A stretch of DNA of 64,000 nucleotides. Source: a virus. Taxonomy: Duplodnaviria > Caudoviricetes. The notes under the pieces were generated by a model, which was given only the letters and a program-made list of their open reading frames with translations, was not told where the DNA came from and ran no database searches. The stretch spans positions 51,253-115,252 of the IMG/VR virus record IMGVR_UViG_3300017917_001910. One strand, 5' to 3'. Both the position numbers and the translations under genes were made by a program. Positions 59,801-64,000 of this stretch are shown here, piece by piece (the first letter of the stretch is position 1; every line of letters starts with the position of its first letter).

Positions 59801-60686
59801 TTTGAATTATCATTAATCGTTTTAAATAAAGTTCTGGAAAATTTATCTCTAAAAATCCAAACTCCGAATGTATATCATTGTATATCGTATCTAATAATTT
59901 TAAAGTTATTGAATCGTAAAATTTTTTAAGCCCCCATATATGTTTAATATATTTTTGTGGCGCTTCTAAAAGATTTAATTCTGGTTTCCATAAATCTTCA
60001 TTAATATTTAAACCAGAGATAAATATATTAGGTATAAATGTCCCGTAATTTAACTTTAATTTTTCGCAAATATATGTAATAGCTCGTTGTTCTATAAACA
60101 AAGTATATACATCTTTTTTATTTTTTGTTTTTACTATTTTATTTAATTTTATAACATTATCTGCATATTTAAACCAATCAAATACCATTTGTTGATTATT
60201 AATATACATAAATGCGCAATTCATTGCCATTAAGTTCCAATCTTTTTCTTTATAATCATCTATAAATGCAGATGGTATAAGATATGGATTATTTTTATTT
60301 TTTAAATCAAAGTTTTCGTAATGAAATGCTAAAAAATCTTTTGAAGTATCCCATTCGAAATAATTTGTAATCCATAAATCAGTATCTAATATACAATATG
60401 TAGTTTCTGATTTCGAAATTTCATTAGCAGCATAAAGTTTAGGTATGCTCCAATATTTAGAAAGTATTTTTGGGCTATATGTAATATTATCTAATATATC
60501 TACATTTATTTCATCATATAATGAATCTAACTTATATAAAGATATTGTTTCTAAAAATTTAGAATTACAGTATAAACGAATCGGCCCAAAATATTTTTTC
60601 CAAAACAATGCAGATGCAAATTGTGAAGAAATATCTACAAAGTTTATTTCATTATTTTTTTGGTAATATATATGATATCCAATCAT
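59781..60686 (-). CDS. Putative glycosyltransferase-like protein (DUF6734-like)
   Basis: WSIPKL, ILDTD (DxD), MNCAFM, IEQ and HIWG motifs. Confidence 0.5.
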   Translation of the reverse strand: MIGYHIYYQKNNEINFVDISSQFASALFWKKYFGPIRLYCNSKFLETISLYKLDSLYDEINVDILDNITYSPKILSKYWSIPKLYAANEISKSETTYCILDTDLWITNYFEWDTSKDFLAFHYENFDLKNKNNPYLIPSAFIDDYKEKDWNLMAMNCAFMYINNQQMVFDWFKYADNVIKLNKIVKTKNKKDVYTLFIEQRAITYICEKLKLNYGTFIPNIFISGLNINEDLWKPELNLLEAPQKYIKHIWGLKKFYDSITLKLLDTIYNDIHSEFGFLEINFPELYLKRLMIIQNETSIN

Positions 60687-60958
60687 TAAAATGCATATAA
60701 GAAAGTACCATCTGCTTTTGATACTCTCGTTATCATAACTCTTGTTATCTCAAAATGATTTTTAGCAATTTCTACAGCTTGCTGAAGCATTTGTGCTGCA
60801 AATGGATTTGCTTGATTAATTATATACTGTAATACTTGTTGATTTACAGAACCTTTTTTCTCTATCATATATTCTGTAATTAAATCTACGGCATCTTGCA
60901 TATTTACTTGACCAGTATACATTTCTAAAATAATCTTTTTTATTCTTTCGTTATCCAT
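60686..60958 (-). CDS. Hypothetical protein
   Basis: ORF with start placed at MDNERI. Confidence 0.6.
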   Translation of the reverse strand: MDNERIKKIILEMYTGQVNMQDAVDLITEYMIEKKGSVNQQVLQYIINQANPFAAQMLQQAVEIAKNHFEITRVMITRVSKADGTFLYAF

Positions 60959-60959
60959 A

Positions 60960-61472
60960 TTAATCGATGTTTTGTTCAATATATTTAATATCTAATAAAG
61001 TTCTTTTTTTGCCTTGTAAATCTAATCCATATCCATAAATCCATTCATCTCCAATTACAAATCCATAATAATCTACAAAATCTTTACTCTCAGGTCGACA
61101 TACCAACGCTACCGTTTTAACATCTGAGGCGCCTAAATCTTTATAAATAGAAGATAAGCTTTTTAAAGTATTACCGGTATCTACAATATCATCTATAAGA
61201 AATACTGTTTTGTTTTTTACATTATTACTTAGTATTGATTTAATAGTTAATCCTTGACTCTCCGTTCCGTTTTCGTAACTTGATACTTGAATAAATTCAA
61301 TATCAACATCAGAATTAAGTTTGCGGACTAAGTCAGAGAAAAATAAAAAAGCGCCACGTAATACGCACACAAACACAAGATTATTATTATTTGAATAGTC
61401 TTTGTTAATTTCATTTGCTAAAGTGTTAATTCTTGATTGAATTTTTTCCTTAGATATAAGTGTTAGCTCCAT
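60960..61472 (-). CDS. hpt: Hypoxanthine phosphoribosyltransferase
   Basis: VLRGAFLFFSDL, VSSY, LIDDIVDTGNTL PRPP motif, GYGLD. Confidence 0.92.
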   Translation of the reverse strand: MELTLISKEKIQSRINTLANEINKDYSNNNNLVFVCVLRGAFLFFSDLVRKLNSDVDIEFIQVSSYENGTESQGLTIKSILSNNVKNKTVFLIDDIVDTGNTLKSLSSIYKDLGASDVKTVALVCRPESKDFVDYYGFVIGDEWIYGYGLDLQGKKRTLLDIKYIEQNID

Positions 61473-61729
61473 TTTTCTACGATAGTTTGAATATCCTTAA
61501 TAGGTTTAATTCCTGTAAACGATTCTACTTTATTAAAATCTTTAACAAATACAAATGTAGGAACGGACTGAACATTGTATAAAGATACTAAGTCAGAGTC
61601 TTGATCAACATCAACTCGTATAATTTTTACTTTAGTAGTGTCTAAAGTTTCTTCAAATTTATCAATTGCTGGCTTCATAGCCCTGCAAGGTCCACACCAC
61701 GGTGCAGAAAAATATAATATATCTAACAT
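61463..61729 (-). CDS. trxA: Thioredoxin
   Basis: WCGPC active site and SVPT. Confidence 0.93.
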   Translation of the reverse strand: MLDILYFSAPWCGPCRAMKPAIDKFEETLDTTKVKIIRVDVDQDSDLVSLYNVQSVPTFVFVKDFNKVESFTGIKPIKDIQTIVEKWS

Positions 61730-61732
61730 ACT

Positions 61733-61764
61733 TAAAGATAAAGAAAATATTTCAAATTTCCTAA
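61733..61764 (-). promoter_or_regulatory. Bacteroidota sigma70-type promoter
   Basis: TTAG-N20-TATCTTTA, 3 nt before the thioredoxin ATG. Confidence 0.7.
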
Positions 61765-61772
61765 TAAAAAAT

Positions 61773-61803
61773 AAAAAAACAGCGATTTTTTAGGTCGCTG
61801 TTT
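61773..61803 (-). terminator. Terminator
   Basis: AAAACAGCGA/TCGCTGTTTT stem plus T-run. Confidence 0.8.
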
Positions 61804-61827
61804 GATTATCAATTAGTTTAAGTTATT

Positions 61828-62418
61828 TTACTTAATATCTGCGCTTTCAATTAATGTATAAGTAAAAGAAGCTCCATGTATTTTTGCTGCTTCTTTTGCA
61901 ATTACCATAAACGAATCGAAATCAGCCGATTTTTTAAATACCTGACAACCTTCTGACCAATTCTCAACATAAGTAGAATCAGCGCCAGCTTTATGAATAT
62001 TAATTCCAAAAACGCCTGTTTCAGTTTTACTTTCATCATAAGTCATATCTTTGTTAGCGTCTCTATATACTTTAACTGGTTTAGCTTGTTTTAAAGCTTC
62101 GTATTTACCTTGGTGTAATCCAATAGTATGTGAGCCTCTGTATTGTCCTTCTACTAAACGAGCAACCCCATTTGCATTATGAAATTCTTTTACTCCTTTT
62201 GTGCCCGGGTCGGTTGTGCAAGGCCATTGTTTAAATACCCATTGACCATTAACTTTGTAAGATACTGTCATAGTATCATCAAAAACGTTAGTAACTTTGT
62301 TACCTGTCGCAGAATTTCTAATTCCTACGATGTTTAAATCATAATCTTTTGCGCCTTCAAACCAAACATATCCTTTTGATTTAACTGCGGCTTCGATTTG
62401 TTCTTTTGTGTATGCCAT
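61828..62418 (-). CDS. YkuD/L,D-transpeptidase-fold peptidoglycan peptidase, candidate endolysin
   Basis: GINIH-x(10)-WSEGCQV His/Cys motif; own late motif and terminator. Confidence 0.6.
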   Translation of the reverse strand: MAYTKEQIEAAVKSKGYVWFEGAKDYDLNIVGIRNSATGNKVTNVFDDTMTVSYKVNGQWVFKQWPCTTDPGTKGVKEFHNANGVARLVEGQYRGSHTIGLHQGKYEALKQAKPVKVYRDANKDMTYDESKTETGVFGINIHKAGADSTYVENWSEGCQVFKKSADFDSFMVIAKEAAKIHGASFTYTLIESADIK

Positions 62419-62468
62419 ATTGTTAAATAAATTTAATATAATTATCTAACAACGTACATTTAAACAGT

Positions 62469-62496
62469 AAAAAAGCCCGAAATAAATCGAGCTTTA
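62469..62496 (-). terminator. Terminator
   Basis: AAAGCTCGA/TCGGGCTTT stem plus T-run. Confidence 0.75.
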
Positions 62497-62502
62497 TTAT
62501 TT

Positions 62503-62697
62503 TTAATTAACTAAAAAGATAATGTCTATTAGACTATCTAAATCATCAGCTTTTGCATATCCTCCTTCAGGAATTGATTCACGATAATCACCGCCAGCAA
62601 AATATGCCGTTATATGTTCGCGCTTAATAGCATACCACATACCTTCATACGTATTATTCCATAATACATAATCATATAAAATATTATTTGTTTCCAT
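62503..62697 (-). CDS. Hypothetical protein
   Basis: 64-aa ORF. Confidence 0.6.
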   Translation of the reverse strand: METNNILYDYVLWNNTYEGMWYAIKREHITAYFAGGDYRESIPEGGYAKADDLDSLIDIIFLVN

Positions 62698-62698
62698 A

Positions 62699-63175
62699 TT
62701 ATTTACAAATTTGATCTGCTACTCTAACACTATACGCATCATGTGGCTTCCATCTAGCTTCATATCCAGAAGCTTCAACATAACCAACTGCTGAACGTAA
62801 AATCGTATTTGATTGGTATTTTGGATCTTCATTAAAATCTAAATCAATATTTTTAATAAATAATCCGCCATCTCTTAACATATTTGAAACTTCAACAGAA
62901 CGTTCAACTTCACCCCATAATCTAGTATATTTATCTTTAATCTTAGGTAAAATTTCTTTTGCGAAGATTACATGAGCACCTTTACCAGAATCATTTTCAT
63001 TAAAGTGCATAACAACAACCGTAGCATATATAGTGCAGCGTTTACCATTTTGCGAGTCAGTACCAACATACAGTTTAGTGTCTGGCTTAAAACGTAATAT
63101 GTTATTGATATATTCTAATATATCCGTTACATTTTCATGCGTACTTAAAGATTTAAATTGTAGGTTCATAACCAA
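62699..63175 (-). CDS. RNase H-like protein (YkuK/DUF458 family)
   Basis: YVGTDSQ, YATVVV, RLWGEVERS, DLDFN and KP.AY..RVAD motifs. Confidence 0.8.
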   Translation of the reverse strand: MVMNLQFKSLSTHENVTDILEYINNILRFKPDTKLYVGTDSQNGKRCTIYATVVVMHFNENDSGKGAHVIFAKEILPKIKDKYTRLWGEVERSVEVSNMLRDGGLFIKNIDLDFNEDPKYQSNTILRSAVGYVEASGYEARWKPHDAYSVRVADQICK

Positions 63176-63202
63176 TCTCCTTTCTTATAATTATTGTTAT
63201 AG

Positions 63203-63277
63203 TGTGTTTAGTCGGATTCGAACCGATCGCTTTATGTACCACAAACATACGTGCTAACCGCTAACACTATAAACACC
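63203..63277 (-). tRNA. tRNA-His(GTG)
   Basis: Cloverleaf with anticodon arm TATGT-TTGTGGT-ACATA, T-loop TTCGAAT and an encoded G-1; no CCA. Confidence 0.85.
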
Positions 63278-63295
63278 ATGTTAATCAACTTAATG

Positions 63296-63368
63296 TGCTC
63301 TCTAAGAGATTCGAACTCCTATCTCTCGGTCCGTAGCCGAGTACTCTAATCCATTGAGCTAAGAAAGC
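63296..63368 (-). tRNA. tRNA-Arg(ACG)
   Basis: Acceptor stem GCTTTCT/AGAGAGC, anticodon arm CTCGG-CTACGGA-CCGAG, T-loop TTCGAAT. Confidence 0.92.
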
Positions 63369-63373
63369 AAATT

Positions 63374-63480
63374 ATTAGGTCACCGATAACACCTAATGTG
63401 AAGGGTAAAGTTTTGTCTAATTTATCTTACGATACATAGTCGCAGGTTCCCTCTTATTCTTTAACCCGAGTCGGTTTTAA
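63374..63480 (-). ncRNA. Candidate structured RNA of unknown type between two tRNAs
   Basis: Non-coding; several complementary stems. Confidence 0.3.
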
Positions 63481-63484
63481 GTTG

Positions 63485-63557
63485 TAATCCTAACAAGATT
63501 CAAACTTGTATCAAACCCTTAGAAGGGGCGTATGCTATTCCGTTGCACCATAGGATT
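63485..63557 (-). tRNA. tRNA-Arg(TCT)
   Basis: Acceptor stem AATCCTA/TAGGATT, anticodon loop CTTCTAA, T arm ACAAG-TTTGAAT-CTTGT. Confidence 0.85.
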
Positions 63558-63562
63558 AATTT

Positions 63563-63762
63563 AAATAAGTTAATAGCCGCGATTTTGTATCTCTTCTATC
63601 ATTTATCTTTGCCACAACCCGATCATTATTAAGAAACCGACACTCTAGATCTGTTTGTGTTGCTGCTTGTGCGGTTATAACGATGGAATTTAATCAACAT
63701 CTCCCGCAGTAGGTTTTGCAGTCGCGAACTTCCTCTGTTCCCAGCGATAGACTCACTTATTT
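63563..63762 (-). ncRNA. rnpB: Minimal RNase P RNA (catalytic domain with a vestigial S-domain)
   Basis: P1 AAAUAAGU/ACUUAUUU; P2 UCUAUC/GAUAGA; P3 CUG-GGAA-CAG; GAGGAAGUUCGCGA pairs with ACAAAAUCGCGGCU (P4 with bulged U); P5 CUGC/GCAG followed by CAA; P6 AAACC/GGUUU; P15 CACAA/UUGUG; AGAUAAAU before P2. Confidence 0.88.
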
Positions 63763-63764
63763 CG

Positions 63765-63851
63765 TACCCCAAGAGAGATTTGAACTCTCACGCTACTATT
63801 ACTTCGCACCCGCTTCTAAGGCGGGCATGACTACCATTCCATCATTGGGGC
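63765..63851 (-). tRNA. tRNA-Leu(TAG)
   Basis: Acceptor stem GCCCCAA/TTGGGGT, anticodon arm CCCGC-CTTAGAA-GCGGG, long variable arm. Confidence 0.92.
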
Positions 63852-63854
63852 ATA

Positions 63855-64000
63855 ATTCCCACCCTGAGACTCCAGATGAGTAGATTTTAACGGTTTAGTT
63901 TTCTTAAAAACAAACACATTAGTGTCTTACCACATGAAAATATAAATCAACACTACTGGGAGAGGGTGTGTCGCTCCTCTTTGTTCCCACGATGTCCCAC
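63855..64000 (-). ncRNA. 3' part of a candidate large structured RNA, truncated by the window edge
   Basis: No ORF in the track, GC-richer ends, long-range stems CACCCT/AGGGTG and CTCCCAG/CTGGAG plus internal hairpins. Confidence 0.4.

Noticed and set aside
502-63257. All plus-strand ORFs in the track (for example 502-753, 23170-23502, 43617-43925, 52443-52730)
   Set aside because: They are short antisense shadows of well-supported minus-strand genes and have no recognisable motifs.
63485-63557. Possible amber suppressor tRNA (loop contains CTA) and stop-codon recoding
   Set aside because: The loop CTTCTAA places TCT at positions 34-36 (Arg). Core genes are full-length in the standard code, and TAG and TGA both serve as stops.
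63981-64000. 3' end of a fifth tRNA or tmRNA at the window edge
   Set aside because: No T-loop consensus is visible in the available bases.

Overview
This is an AT-rich 64-kb segment of a large T4-like (myovirus) bacteriophage genome. All credible genes are on the minus strand and read with the standard code. The host is probably a Bacteroidota species, judging from TTWG-N20-TAnnTTTA promoters, the lack of Shine-Dalgarno motifs and an ANA|Q signal peptide. The window holds most of the virion module: tail chaperone, tube, sheath, neck, fibres, major capsid, scaffold, prohead protease, portal, terminase and baseplate. It also holds PhoH, a fused SbcD-SbcC nuclease, primase, a T7 endonuclease I-like resolvase, a gp55-like sigma factor, ClpP, UvsE, HPRT, thioredoxin, a YkuD-like putative lysin, an RNase H-like protein and part of a tRNA cluster. 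The main finding is a ~200-nt minimal RNase P RNA (63563-63762, minus strand) wedged between tRNA-Leu and tRNA-Arg. Its catalytic domain (P1-P6, P15, P16, bulged-U P4) is intact, while the specificity domain is almost absent and P18 is missing. Other findings include two further candidate structured RNAs in the tRNA cluster, a probable +1 frameshift in the tail chaperone, two promoter classes, a twin-hairpin leader before the scaffold/capsid genes, and a family of putative capsid-targeted internal proteins. All product calls come from motif recognition and gene order; no database search was run.
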